A stretch of 64,000 bases of DNA from Antedon mediterranea. Taxonomy: Eukaryota > Animalia > Echinodermata. Below the pieces are notes generated by a model. The model saw only the letters and a program-made list of their open reading frames with translations, was not told the DNA's origin and did not search any database. The translations under genes and the position numbers were made by a program. Location of the stretch: contig NC_092672.1 of the NCBI RefSeq assembly GCF_964355755.1, positions 29,146,437 through 29,210,436 of the forward strand, in the 5' to 3' direction. This document shows, in pieces, positions 40,707 through 54,200 of this stretch. The first letter of the stretch is position 1. Each line of letters starts with the position of its first letter.

Positions 40707-40878
40707 GGGCCTGTTTCTGCTGCATCAAAATAACCAATTAAAAATGGTGTGAATAAATTAACTCAATTTTTATTGGGAGCAGAATCAGGACAATTTTGTG
40801 GCAACCAGCTGCTGACTTTGAGTCAACTACACTGAAGTAACGGTTATTTTGGAGCAAAAAATGAGCAGAAATGCAGTC
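40707..40878. mobile_element. Harbinger-like MITE remnant (GGGCCTGTTTCTGCTGC family)
   Basis: The left TIR is intact; the right end AGCAGAAATGCAGTC is degenerate. Confidence 0.55.
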
Positions 40879-42170
40879 ATTAAACAAACTATTTCTCCTG
40901 AGCAATTTTTAGCGGCAATGCATTTACAGTCTAAATTTTACCTCATACCCAGTACCGTTTTGATTTTACGATCATTGGGGAAACCACCTCACGACCTATT
41001 AGGTGGTCACTGAATGGTACGGACATAATGATTGACGTCATTGCACAACGAACGATCCAACCAATGAAAAACCAAATTCTAGGCTGAAAAGTGATTTTAA
41101 ATTAATGTACGATTTGGGAAATTTTTGGAAAAATAAAAACAGGCAATATTTTTATTTTTATATTACAATATTTTAGCAAGCAAAAGTGATAGGTCACAAT
41201 GACAGTATAGAAATTCCTTGAGACAAAAAAGTAAGCAAATATTTGAAAGATTTTTACATAGAGTTTCCTTTTATCAATTATTTCAATGATTATGTATCTA
41301 AATTTGTTACAATTTAGTTCCTGTATTGATAGCTATAGATAGATAGAGTACAATTACATCCTTATATTATTTTAAACTGACTAGTAGACGGAATTCAACA
41401 TAAAAAAGTGAAACAGAAATGGACTATAATGATCAAATATGTACATACACTAGATAACAATATATATTTTACAGTTAAGTTCCTTCTCCTTGAGGCTGAT
41501 TTAGATGGGGAAAAGGGAAACTCTCCCCTCTCAATATCAATGATCCATAATTAAACTTTAATAAAGGTATTTATTATATATATAAAAAACTTGATTTCGC
41601 AAATGAAATGCATAGCAAAAACATACAAAAGGTATAAAAATACATGAATATTATAAAAAATCTAATAACAGTAACATACAATTTTGAATTCAAAAGCAAT
41701 TTATCAAACACAGTTTTAACAATCAAATTATTAGACATACTAATACGTAACATAAAACTATAAATAGACTTAGGCAAAAATTCACCAAAACTTGGGGTAC
41801 TAAATTTAACAAACATATAGGAACTTGCATCATCATCATCATTGTTTTTAACTAGAAAATGACAAAATTCGAATTAGGCCCTCTACAGACCCATGGCAGC
41901 CAGCAATGGTAGCGCCTATGCATCCCCTACTTATTTTGTTGTAGTAGTAGTAGTTGTAGTTTTTGAACTTCACTCACTTATTTTAAGGCTGCTATGAAAA
42001 CTCACCTTTTTAACTCTATTTTTATTTTATTTTTCCGCTTTTTATTTCATTTGTTCATTGAGACTTTGTATAATGTGGCTATAATCCCGATTTATTATTA
42101 TTAACGTGCACTGTATGTAAATAGAATATGTTCTTTAGATCCTTACCGAAGGACAAGGCAAATGGGAGGA

Positions 42171-42737
42171 CTTCAAACGTAAACAATCTTCTTGTTTTCT
42201 ATAATCTATAATCAATAATATTTCTTGAAAATGTCTCAATCTTTTGAGATCAATTTATTGTTTATACTTTCTCCGTGATTCCCCCGTGCTTGTTTCCTAT
42301 ATTAAAATCATGTTGCAACGCAATTCATGACGAGTTATTTGTAGTTGAAGAAGTTGAATCATCTGACTGTTGCGATGTACACGGGGATGTAGGTACGCAG
42401 TGTGCAAAGCAGAAAACTGCGTCTACGGCTGGCACCGTCGGTCCCCACTTGTGACACGCAATGTTATGTTCTTACGGTACTTTGCGTCGATATGTTGCGT
42501 TTACGTTCTTGCGTTGTGTCTTCTAGTGGGAACCAAATGGTGTTTATTACAAGCTTGGAAACATAAAACGATTAAAGCTAGCCCACTTCATCAATGCCAT
42601 TTGTGACGTCCTGTCAATAATATGTAAGAAAATCGGCTTATATTGATTGATTCGATATCTGTTGTGTCTACTTCAGTTCTTCATGGCAACATTGCATTAT
42701 AACTACACTCAGGTAAAGCAATTCCAACATAGTACAT
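42171..42737 (+). repeat. ~570-bp direct repeat, copy 2
   Basis: Matches 36511-37099. Confidence 0.92.
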
Positions 42738-42741
42738 TATA

Positions 42742-42906
42742 AGCATCTTGCCTACGCTATCAACCTTATTTGATAAAAAAATATGATATGCCCATTATAT
42801 GGAAATGATGATGTCATATCACTACCATATTTGGGCATATCACTACTATATTTGGGCACACCACACTTTTTTGTCATGAAATAAGTTGATAGGTGTAGCC
42901 AGAACT
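42742..42906. mobile_element. Degenerate MITE, same family as 6396-6524
   Basis: Shares the internal ATCACTACCATATTTGGGCA repeats and has decayed TIRs. A partial inverted copy ends at 53438. Confidence 0.7.
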
Positions 42907-43024
42907 TAAGAATACAATCAGTATGGCACAGAGCCCATACCTATTACATAATAGGCCGTTTCCTTACTATTTATTCTGTTCTCCCAAAGGGCTCAGTGTA
43001 TATATATATGTGATGAGTTTGTGA

Positions 43025-43245
43025 CAGATGGCTGTGTGTGAACTACGACACCGGGGTAACCCCCTACTCGTCTCGAAAGATGTATGTACTAGGTTCTTTA
43101 AAGTACAATGAGCCAGATATGTACATTGGACCTCCAGTTTATAGTCCTTATTCGAGAAGATTTGCTCTACCATGGAGTGAGTGAGCCTCAAACCCTTGCC
43201 AACATATTACGGTTTCACTGTCTTAACTGCTTGGCCACTCACTCG
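43025..43245 (-). mobile_element. tRNA-derived SINE with a MetaSINE-like central domain
   Basis: Minus strand reads GTGGCCAAGCAGTTAAGACAG (A box) ... CTTCTCGAATAAGGACTATAAAC ... TTAAAGAACC ... GAGTAGGGGGTTACCCCGGTGT. The family assignment is from recollection of the consensus and was not checked. Confidence 0.65.
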
Positions 43246-44831
43246 CTCGCTTACATTACACCATCACTCTCCATGGCAGAATTGAGCAAGCCTGGTATTT
43301 GATTGCATGCATGTAGTCTCAATCCCAGAATCCTAAATTCAAATCAAATGTCAGGATATAGGATTTTGTTCTAAAATTGATTATGGTCCACCAACGATAT
43401 ATATTATTTCACTGTAACAGTGCATGAGAAAATTCATGGAAATTGGAATGTCAGTGACAGTTGACCTTTGACCTTGTTGGTGTGAATGTTCTTGTAGCTT
43501 CTCCTTCCTTAACCCACAGGTTGCTGAAACCAGGATGTTACAATAAAGTTGTTATTGTTGTAGTTATTAACCTGTGGTATTCACATCACATGACAAGACA
43601 AGGCTGGATTTTACAATTTTAGCTATAATTATCTTACTATGATTATAATTTACTTGACTATAATTTGTAGCATCAGAGAATTTGTCTAGTATTCCACCAG
43701 CCTGATTTCACAAATATATTTGTAAATCGGACATTGTTTTTGTCGAAGCAGCTTTAAATATACTGTAGGCCTTTCCATATACAAATAGTAAGTATACTTT
43801 TATAGCTCTTTTTTTATAGTAATTAGTGAATGCTAATGTCTATCTGAGAAGTTTGGATGGATAACTGTAACACAGTGGGCAAGGCCCCTAGATAGCACTC
43901 CTAAGTGGCCCTCCTCCAATGCTGGGTAGTTGCATTGGACTGTTCGTCTCTAATACTCAATTAGTAAACTTGTTTTAATAATACATGGATGCTTGTATCC
44001 AGAAGTGTTAAGGTTTGAAAGTATAGTCTGTCTCATCGATTGTAGCCTCTTTTGTGGAAAAATAAATCCCCAGTAAAAATCTGGGCTTGATTGAATATAA
44101 ACTTACAGTAATGAAATCTAAAGGAAAGTCTATGAGCTAAATGCGGCACTCGATTAAGAATAAGATGTTTCTTGTAGATTTAAAAAAATTACCTTAAGTA
44201 CAGAATGGTTAGAGGCTTTAAACTTTAAACCATTTTTAGCCATTAGAAAAGGGTATTGAAAATAATTGTCACTTCAGCGACATGCTGGTTGTTGGTATTT
44301 ATGTTCCTCGGGAATAGTCCCACCTCCCAGATTCAGGCAAATTTTACGTACAAGGGCGGTAGAATTATACCTGGGGAACTCGGTATTAGGATATGTTTTA
44401 AACTATGCAGCCCCCGGATAAAACACATTTACTGTATCCAGGCCTCATTTTATTAATGTTTATTTAACTGATTATAATCATGTTGAGGGAAGTAGAACAT
44501 CAAGTGTTTAATGTGTTTACACAAAATTTATTATTTAGAATACTACTACATTATCAATACTCAAGGTGTACTATTAGTTTCAATTTCAACATCAAAATAT
44601 TACTAGTGGAAAATAAATAAAGGTTGTAAATGATTAACTTTGTATTAACAATGTCATTGCTTTTGAGAAGATATAATGTTTTTATGAAATGGAAATTTTG
44701 TTTTATTTATTTTATTTCAACTTTATTTTCAGAGTTTAGTTTATAAAGGCCTTCAACAGAAAACAAAAAATATACAATATAATAATATAATATAATATAT
44801 AATTATTAAATTAAATTAATCAGTTTCTTAA

Positions 44832-45836
44832 CACTTTGACTGCCAAACATGAAGATCTTCGTTTTTGGAAACACAACGCTTGACTGCCAAACATGAAGAT
44901 CTTCGTTTTTCGCGTTTTTTTACGAAATCCGGAAGATAGGTTAATTATTGGTATATACTATAAATATGGACACTATATTCGGTCTGGACCGTGAATATTT
45001 TACTTTTTGAAAGTAACTAATCTGGTTGCGAACGATTGTCAAAATGGTACCTGTCGAAATAACATACACCGCGCATCATAGTAGCGCGTACAGCGATGCC
45101 GCCGAAGCATTACAAAGGTTTATGTGGATTGGCATGTTTGCTGAATAAAAAATAATGGATGAATTTTTAATATGAAGTCTTTAATTTTATTATTGTATGT
45201 ATACCCTAATTGTTTTGGTGTTTCACTGTAAGTGGCCGAGTTTCACGCAACAAACTTGTTTAGAAATGGTATGAATATTATCATCAGTTTACTAGCTAGG
45301 CTAGTACGTAGTAGTAGTACCTAGTAGTACTAGCCTAGGCCTAGTCATAAAACGGTTCCAGACCAACTCTAGGCCTAGTTAACTAGGACTGGTGTCTTTA
45401 CTATGTGGATTTTGGCGAAACATTGATGTAAGATTTATGATTTATAAAATGTAATACATTTTTCGATAGTGATAACTTGTTTTTATAGGCCTACCGGTGC
45501 CGTGTAAGTAACCTTTTCGTTGTTTGTTGATATCACCGGGCGATATTTTCATATTGTGATGTCTTGCACAAAATCGCGAATACCTCGACTTTCTTGCGCG
45601 AAACTACGAAAAACTAAAAAAGTGGGTTACTTTCATTTTACTATTACGATTTACATATTGCGATTTGAAAATCGTTCTTGGTACCATTGTAAAGCTAAAA
45701 TCTTTATTTTAGTCTAAATTACATGTAAATCAGATCACATACATAGTTTCAATCAGCTTTAATAAAAACATCGAATTGGGCTATAAACGCTGGCGGTGGC
45801 AGTTTCTAACTGGAAAAACCTCTGGCAGTCAAAGTG
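44832..45836. mobile_element. Non-autonomous piggyBac-like element, 1005 bp
   Basis: TTAA|CACTTTGACTGCCA...TGGCAGTCAAAGTG|TTAA, with a 14-bp perfect TIR and a ~30-bp subterminal direct repeat at the left end. Confidence 0.9.
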
Positions 45837-46309
45837 TTAAAAGTTAAAATTCATGACTATAAAAAAAAAATGAAATTAAAATGAGATGGCAACAATCATT
45901 ATAAGTAAAATAGAACTTTAAAATAAATTCATTTAAAATACATAAAATGCATTAATTCATTACTTATCTCGGAGATATAATTTGTTTTTAAATAGGTTAA
46001 AAAATACATTTTTATGCAATTTAAAGGACATTATGAAGTAGTGAATATAAAAGTATTCAAAACATTTGGTTAAAAAATAATTAATATAATGTGAATAGCT
46101 GCACTGCACTACTTAACTTTTAATAAAATTAATATCATTTTCTCTCTTTAAAAAAAAAAATTATTTTTAATCAAATTAATTTTCCGTATTCTGCTATTAA
46201 AATTATATCCCCCATGTTTGTTATCAAACCCTGGACCATAGATTCCAAATTAGAATTTAGAGACAACCATTGCCAAACCACAGAGGGTGCTATAACTTCT
46301 ATCAACTCT

Positions 46310-46705
46310 ATGCATAGTTACAATCGGTATTCCTAGGTGATTTTTCAATTATATATATTATGTGCATTTGTTTATATATTGGTATGGTAGGAACCATGTC
46401 AAAAGTGGCTACTGCGGCAATACTACAGTAACTATACAGACCTGCCAAACCTTTTTAGAAGTTGCCAAAAAGATTGAAAAAATCAAAACTTTTAAATAAT
46501 GATGCAAAATACTACAAAAACACAAGACAAACCAACTAATATTTGCTCCCCTCTATCTGTTGGATAGTTGGCCGTTGGTGGTGACATTCAATTTGAAGAT
46601 AACTTTTGTTTATTTTGTCGCAAAGTTAGCAAAAAATCGAAATAAAATCACATTAAATCGGGTGAACTGAAGATTTGCCTAGGAATACCGATTGTAACTA
46701 TGCAT
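46310..46705. repeat. Perfect 28-bp inverted repeat pair
   Basis: ATGCATAGTTACAATCGGTATTCCTAGG (46310-46337) and its reverse complement (46678-46705). Confidence 0.85.
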
Positions 46706-47895
46706 GAATTTACCAACAAAAACTGAATCCAAACGAGCGTATTTATGGCACGCCCTTAGTGCCTTTAATAGGAGAACAATGAACAATCTTACTTTGATAG
46801 TTTTACATAATATAATTTTTTAGAAAAACATCACATCGACCGAAAACAAAGGTTATCAGAGCCTTTGATAATATATTAAATATGATTTTATTAAGCATAG
46901 AAATGTGTTATTATTTATGTTAGTACATAATATACGAAATAATGTTCAATACTCATTATTTTATTAAAGGCACTATGTGCGTGCGATATTCTATGACTTT
47001 CGTTTGATTTAAGTTTTTGTGGCTAAACTCATCGTTTTTAACATAAATTCGGACGATTTTTGCTATAAAAGTTGGGTTTTCATAATTAATTAACAATTAT
47101 CTACTCTCATTTGGTAAGTATTGCAACATTTTGAGTCTCGTTTTTGTTTCCGTTTGGTGTTGGACCGCGCTCGCGAAAGACAACAGTCGTTCACCTGGGA
47201 AGGGCCGTATGTCATCGCCTTTGTTGAGGAATTAGGCTAGATAAAAATTATTCTAGGCGATCGGGCGCTGCACGACCCTCCCCATGTTATTGAAGGCTCC
47301 ATGAGAATTAATTTTATTAGCGATGGTAAGTAGGCTTTACAAAAAACAAAACTTGTAGACCTGTAGACATTTTATTATTTTAACATGTTTGAGATGTTCG
47401 GCGATATACACAAGTGTGTACTGACGACGTCGATGTAAACAAACAGCCAACCTACTACTTCCGTCTGAGTGTATTGCATTTTGGGTAATGATGACGTTTT
47501 GCTCGACGACCACCCATAGATTTAACCGGTTATTTCGGGGCACAAATTGAGCAGAAACGCGGTCTTGTTATATTGTTATCTATTTTTAATCTATTTTAAA
47601 ATAACCGGTTAAATTGCGTTATGCAGCAGAAACAGACCCTATCTCTGTACAAGATAAAAGATAATTATAAACATGAATGTAAAGAAATATTTGTTACATA
47701 AAGAATGTAACAGAATTAATTAGTTGGTCGAGTATGCCAAATATGTGAAGTGAATTTGTTGTGTGCAAATTTATGTGAATATTTTTATGGTCGACTTGCC
47801 AATGAGACATTATTTTGTTGAAAATCTGATGAATGTCTTTATATTTTAAAACTGAAAACGATCCTATTCAGTTCATATACGGTACTACAGTATAC

Positions 47896-48225
47896 CAGTT
47901 CCATGCAACTGGGATAGGCCCTTATTCAGATTACACTATTTTAACCAGTTAATATCATGCAACTGAAATAGGCCCTTCACTACACAATATTCAGTTACTT
48001 CCCATGCACTGAAACAGGCCCTTTTACTCACACACTACACTATTTGTCCAGTGAACATGCAAATGAAACAGGACTTTATTCACACACTACACTATCTGTC
48101 CAGTTAAGCAACTGAAACAGGACTTAATTCACACACTACACTATTTGTCCAGTTAACTTCCATGCAACTTAAACAGACCCTTATTCACACACATTTTTAT
48201 TTAATGTACTTCCATGTAACTCAGG
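47896..48225. repeat. Degenerate ~50-55-bp tandem repeat, about 6 copies
   Basis: Variants of CATGCAACTGAAACAGGCCCTTATTCACACACTACACTATT. Confidence 0.85.
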
Positions 48226-49089
48226 GCCAATCAACATAGGATAGTAAATACAAAGATTTATAGTCGTCTATCAATACCTATATGACAGGCAGTCTAGATA
48301 CATTTAATGTGATATCTGAAACCAAGATTTGTTACATATGCTCCATCAGCATCACTTTCAGTTTCTTTTGCATCTTGATTGTTATTGGTAATTAACAGCT
48401 ACAGGCCTTAATCTTAACGGCCACTACTCTAGGTAAATTACGTTCCAACAATAGAGATTCGGCTAAGCTGGATTAGCGCATCCAAAAAGGTTCTATTTAA
48501 CGTGCGTGGTCAGTAATATAAAGAAGAGGAAAGATGTATAGGGAAAGATATCTTCAAAGTAAGTATGATACTTGAAGCGTAATAATGATATTCTTTGTTT
48601 ATATGTTTTTAATTTAAACAACATTGTATTTTGTTTGTTTATTCATGGATAGTCATGGTACATTTTTCAGTAATTTCAGATTTCAAAATTGTATTCTTTC
48701 TAAATTCTTTGCTGTAGTCTTTGAAGTAATGACTTTGTTTATGTAACAAACATATTTACGGACAGGCTTAGATAAAGTTACAGTACATTCACAGTTGTTC
48801 CGTTTCCCCCAGAATGAAAGATAAGGCTGTTACACAATTGAAAATCTTATAGAAAATAGATCTTACATCGTTTAGAAGTACAAAGGCTTCAGCGTTATGG
48901 CCTCCATTTATACTATCAGAAAGAGAGAGTTTGTACAAATGTTTTAATTGCACGCATCAATACACAGGATGTATCAAAATTAATTGACTGGATTGTACTG
49001 GGAAGGTTGAAACATGTTCCGTACTTTTGTTAGCAGTATGACTGATGCAACAAACAAACTTAAACATTCTGTTTCGTCTTTTGTGGTTG

Positions 49090-49590
49090 AGCAGATAAGA
49101 CATTAAAAACTATATCTGAGTGCCTGGTCCAGTGTACACAAAAATGCTCATATGTGCACTTTAGAAGAACATAGTACATCTTTCTAGACGAGTAGGGGGT
49201 TACCCCGGTGTACAAGAAGACACAGCCACTATTGTAGACAGGCAAGAGAGAGGTGACACTATATGGATTCTATGAAATAGTATCCCGCTTCATTTTTGCT
49301 TTTGTTCACCTTTCTTTCTTGTTGTTTTCTGACTAGGCTAGGAGGCACCGGATCCCTGTAAAGATCAAGACTTAACCGATGCTAACTGGAGTCTGACTTT
49401 ACACAGTGATCCCCAGTTAGCGGTGATGGTGTATCCCCACACTCCGGTTGGGGTGCTAGCTTGGTGTATTTGTCTTTTTGTTCTGGCTTCATTTTGGTTT
49501 CCACTCTTTCTCTTTATTATCGAGCGCATAGAAACATCGTTTATTTGCGCTATATAAATCTATCTATCTATTATTAAATTATTATTAAAA
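49090..49590 (+). mobile_element. SINE body (same family as 43025-43245) plus a LINE-type 3' tail
   Basis: GACGAGTAGGGGGTTACCCCGGTGT is shared with the 43-kb copy. The region ends GCGCATAGA...TGCGCTATATAAAT followed by (TAT)n. Confidence 0.55.
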
Positions 49591-51103
49591 TATAGAGGGA
49601 TTGCTATTATTAACATGAAATCAAGTAGGCTTCGATAACACTTTTGTGTAGTTGTGGTATAGTATAAGTCATACTCCTAAAACAACAATGGGAATTTCTA
49701 TTATAGTTTGATTAAATTTTAATCCAGTTAACCTGTCCTTGGAACATCCTTAGATGTACCTGATGTCTGTAGTTCAGTCTATTGTATTATGTAAAAAAAA
49801 AAAAATATTCCATTTTGATGATAAAGAAATTCTTCTTTTTCCGGCCTTAAACTCTGGAGTTGAGTGCAGAGAAAATTTTAGTTCAGGATTCTTTACTAAC
49901 GGATTTAGAAAAGGATATACATTTCCTGTTGAGATGGAAGGTGCGAATGATTTCCAAGCGTTGACAATAGAGGAAGTACTTCACTGACGTTTACAGTAGA
50001 TTCTCAATTGTTTTTGTTAAACACTGATCATTTTAAGACTCGGATTCAATCAAATATCCTAGGAGTGTCTCTACTATCATGTTGCAAAAGTAATAAAATG
50101 TGTTGTTATTGGTAGTGAAGATTTAACAGTTTGTAACCAGATATCTATTCAGGATTTTTATTGATTACAAAGTAAAAGACCATGAGTACTCTATTTTATC
50201 GAGTCATGTCGAAACCGACTGAAGACCAATTATCAACCAACGGTAACATATTTCTTTTCTTTAATGATATTTTCCAAAATGTATTATTTATTTGTTTATA
50301 AAGTCTACAAGTAGCACATTTATTGATCATGTCAAAACTATTCTACTGCAGTAACAGTAACATTTAATATTAGTAAATTTAAAGTTTGTTTCACCTCAAG
50401 CATTTATGATTCAGTCACTGCAATAAAACAGTGTATGATTATACCCAAAAAAGCTTACTAATTAATGCATATGCAGGTTTAGTCTTGAACAAAATGTAGT
50501 TTCTGCAGTGCAAACTGCAGTAGAATCATTTTTTACAAACAGTTGCTAAAAATCTTGAATTGTCATTCTATGGTAGATGAAAAAATGTGTAGTGATTGCG
50601 TAGTTGACTCTTCCAAAGGGATTTTTAGATTTGAGTGAACATGCACAAAGTTCACATCCACACGGGTCGTAGTCTGTTAAACATTTAGATTAAGTGGACA
50701 TTTACGTAGGGCCGCAACCACCAGTACGGTTGGTAAGGTTTCTAGCCTTTGACAGAGGCTTTTGACAACCCAGTGGCTTGAACAGAGATTGTTCCCTTTT
50801 CTTGTGAAAACCGCACCACTTTATTTCTTGTGACTACATCACAGTTTTTGTTGATGTGCCTGTGAACGTATGACGTGACATTGTAATCTCTGATGGTGTT
50901 TGTGGTGCTATTTCACCACTGGGCCGGTGGTAGTACAAAGACTTAAACCAGGCTATCTATGTATGTATCCTTCACTAAACCTAATTCAATTAAAAATGCA
51001 CGCAATCGTAATTGATAGGATTCAGCATTTCTTGAGATTTCAAAAATTCCAGATTTGTGGCATGAGCCTTAAATGAATATTGAATTCTACCTTTGTGGGT
51101 TTT

Positions 51104-51254
51104 CAGTGGCGTAAGGACTATGAGCGTAAACTGGATAAACCATATGGGGCCCCTCAGCAGAACCGGAGGAAGGAAGGCAAAAGATGTTGAAAAGTAAAAG
51201 CCTCCACTGTTGGATGGCCTATACAAGGGGCCTGGCCTCTGCTTTACGCCACTG
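51104..51254. mobile_element. Small MITE-like element (hAT-type ends)
   Basis: 11-bp TIR CAGTGGCGTAA / TTACGCCACTG. No TSD is recognisable. Confidence 0.5.
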
Positions 51255-54200
51255 TAGGGCAATGTGTTCTTCATAATAAACTTTAAATCAATCACCAACG
51301 TAACTATATATTCTCTAAAGACCTATTACAAAGAACTTATTAATTGATAATTGTTTAATTAATGCAAATTTGGTTCACTACAATACATCACTACAAAGAA
51401 AAATCTAAAGTGATTTTTCTCTATAAATTTTTGATTCTTTATCTATTTTCTTTTCTTTGATATTAAAAAAAATTTAATATAAATGGAAAGAATTAAGAAA
51501 AGAAGTAATTGGTCTCTGTGTTTCCGGTAGATTTGTGTGTGTGTGTGTGTGTGTGGCGTGGGATATGCTGATGGAAACGCCCCCAATCAGGCAATCAAGA
51601 TCATACATGGATTATAATGTGGTCTACTGTATGGTTGATTACATCCTACATACAAATTCTTTTATTAATAAATTATATGAACAAATTCAGTAGTACTGCT
51701 TAATTTCTACCAGGCTCTGTTAAATATTTCCTAGTGGTTCATATTTTGTGGCCAGACCAAACCAGAAAATATCGGCACAGGTTTAAGGCTCTCCTCGGCC
51801 GCAGTTTCGGTATAGAAACGGCTTCAAAATGGAGGATGTCTATTGTATGCTCCTGAGTTATGTACTTAAAAAGAAACTAATTGCATCTTTCGCAAGAGTT
51901 GAAGTTTATCTATTCCAGGCCTATATAAGAATCGCAGTTATTATTTGATTTAACACTTAAAACTCGTCATTCAATTGGTTGTCTTTGACGATAAATAATA
52001 TAAAAAATGTATATTGGTCCATCAATGATAATGTATGATTAATGTATTGTATTGTAGTATAATATGTAAAATCTATAATGTATTTCAGTATAGCAGACAG
52101 AATAGGGATTTTCTGATGTGTCTGAAAATTAAAGTTTTCATTTATAAATTGCAAGTGTTATTGTACAGTTGAGTTAGAGGAAAAATGGCAAAATCAGCAC
52201 TGTGGGTTATCTGATAAAAATCACAGAAAGTAGGAAACATTTTGCCATTTTCACCCCAACTGTGTATAGTTTGTATTGGATTCTAAAATTCCTATTCAAG
52301 TTGCACCAGACATCACACTTAAATTACTGTTTGAAAACTTTAAATAGGACGAAAATAGTTATTTGGGTTAGTAGTGCAAAATTCCAACCTAAATAGATAA
52401 ATCCCAAGTACAATAGATAACTAATAAATAGTAATTGGAGATAGTGTATCATCTCAATAATTTATTCAATACTATGTGTTTGTTTACACATACCTGTAGA
52501 TTTGTGTGATATTTCAACAAAAACACCTTTTATACCAGTGTCACTCACCATTCTTTAACAGCCAAGTAACCAAAGACAGTCAAAGTATAATGTGCGATGA
52601 TGCATAAAAGTTTGTTTGCTCATGCATGTAGTGGTTTTTTTAAGAGGAAGGTAGTGGCTGTGGCCAGTCAGTATTATAATCAATGCAAATTAGTTGGATG
52701 ATCTCAATGAATAGAAGTAACAATAAAGAAAACTATAGATCCGTTTTTCAGGCATTTGAGAGATTGTCAGAATGCATATAGTCATGGGTGTGAAAACATA
52801 TACAATTCATAGAACCATGTTATGAATGTCGTTTTCTAACGTGTATAAAAGTTTTTGCAATTAGTTTTATCGCTAATCTGCTGATCTTGGATTTTATACC
52901 AGTGGTGTGATCTTTATCCGGATTTATCTGTGGATCTATATTGGTTTTTATTTTTTTTAAACATGGAGCCTCTTGGGTTACAACCAGTACCTGAGGATGC
53001 TGCTATAAATGGTGAGATACAAATACTGGTCTTTATAGTAATTAATGAATACCACAGTGGTTTTTCGTTAATGTTGAGATAGTTGTGGTTAGATTTTGTT
53101 TAGGTAGGTAGGTTTATAGAAAAGTGAAGAACTTTAAGAACCTCATAGACATGTAGTGCTTAACATGTTAAACTTGGATTTTAATTAACAAAGATCCTAC
53201 AATTTTCACAAGTGGAGGAAGCTTCCCAATCCTGACCTACCTAAATTTCAAGAAAGCTGTCAAAGCTGTGCTGTGATCATGTAATGTGGTCATAATATTC
53301 AGGAGGTAGAACATATATAATAAAAATGAAAAATATTAATGGTGGTGATATGCCTAAATATGGTAGTGCTATGACATCATCATGTCCATATATGGTTACA
53401 TCACAATACATAAAGTTTGCCATAGTGTAGACAGAGCTTTAAAAGTTTATGATAATGTATTGTACTGTACCATATACTTTCTATTGACTATGGTTGCAGT
53501 ACACACACTGCTGTATCTAAGCATTTCACCTGTGTGCTCCTCTTGACCCATCCATTGACACTCAAGCATTTATAAAATGATTTGTAGATACTTGTCAATA
53601 TTGTCAACACTAGTTTTTAACACCTGCTGTTGCTTGAAATAGAGGTATTATTGTATTGTATGATAAATAAAAGTATTTCATAATCTTCTTTCCCATTAGT
53701 TTTCTCTATCAGACTGGAAATTCTCTTCATAATTCATATTTGAAATATACAAATTACTATTGATAATTTCTAGGTAACTTTATTGTAAACTAGTATTGAA
53801 ATTGTTAACCCATGGAGGAAAAACCTCCATGGTTAACCCAAGTAGTGTAGCAGGCACTATGACTCAAAATGTTTGTGTTGCTAGGTTACTAATTAGAAAT
53901 CACAATCTATTCCAGCTTCTCAATTGAAGATGCATGCGTCGTAACAACAGTTTGTCAAAGTTCATGATCAAAATGTTTGCAAAGTAAACTCTGAAGTTTT
54001 CGTGAATTTATCAATCAATACAAGCACTGTGCTGTAGTCAGAGGTGAAAACTCCCGGCCCCCCCCCCCCCCCCATTTTCTGACATGCCCTTTCAAACTAT
54101 AGACAAGTTGAAATGTGATAATCACTCTAAAAAGCCAGAATACAGGCTTGTGCTGATAGAATATTCTTAATGGTGTAGTCTAAGTATACAAATATGTTTT

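Noticed and set aside
36706-42606. Duplicated Cys-rich ORFs (MRCTRGCRYAVC…)
   Set aside because: They start at TTG. Their similarity reflects a recent DNA duplication that has frame-shuffling indels, not protein conservation.
50172-50216. CATGA...TCATG hairpin as another P-like scar
   Set aside because: The flanking 7-mers do not match, so it was not counted.
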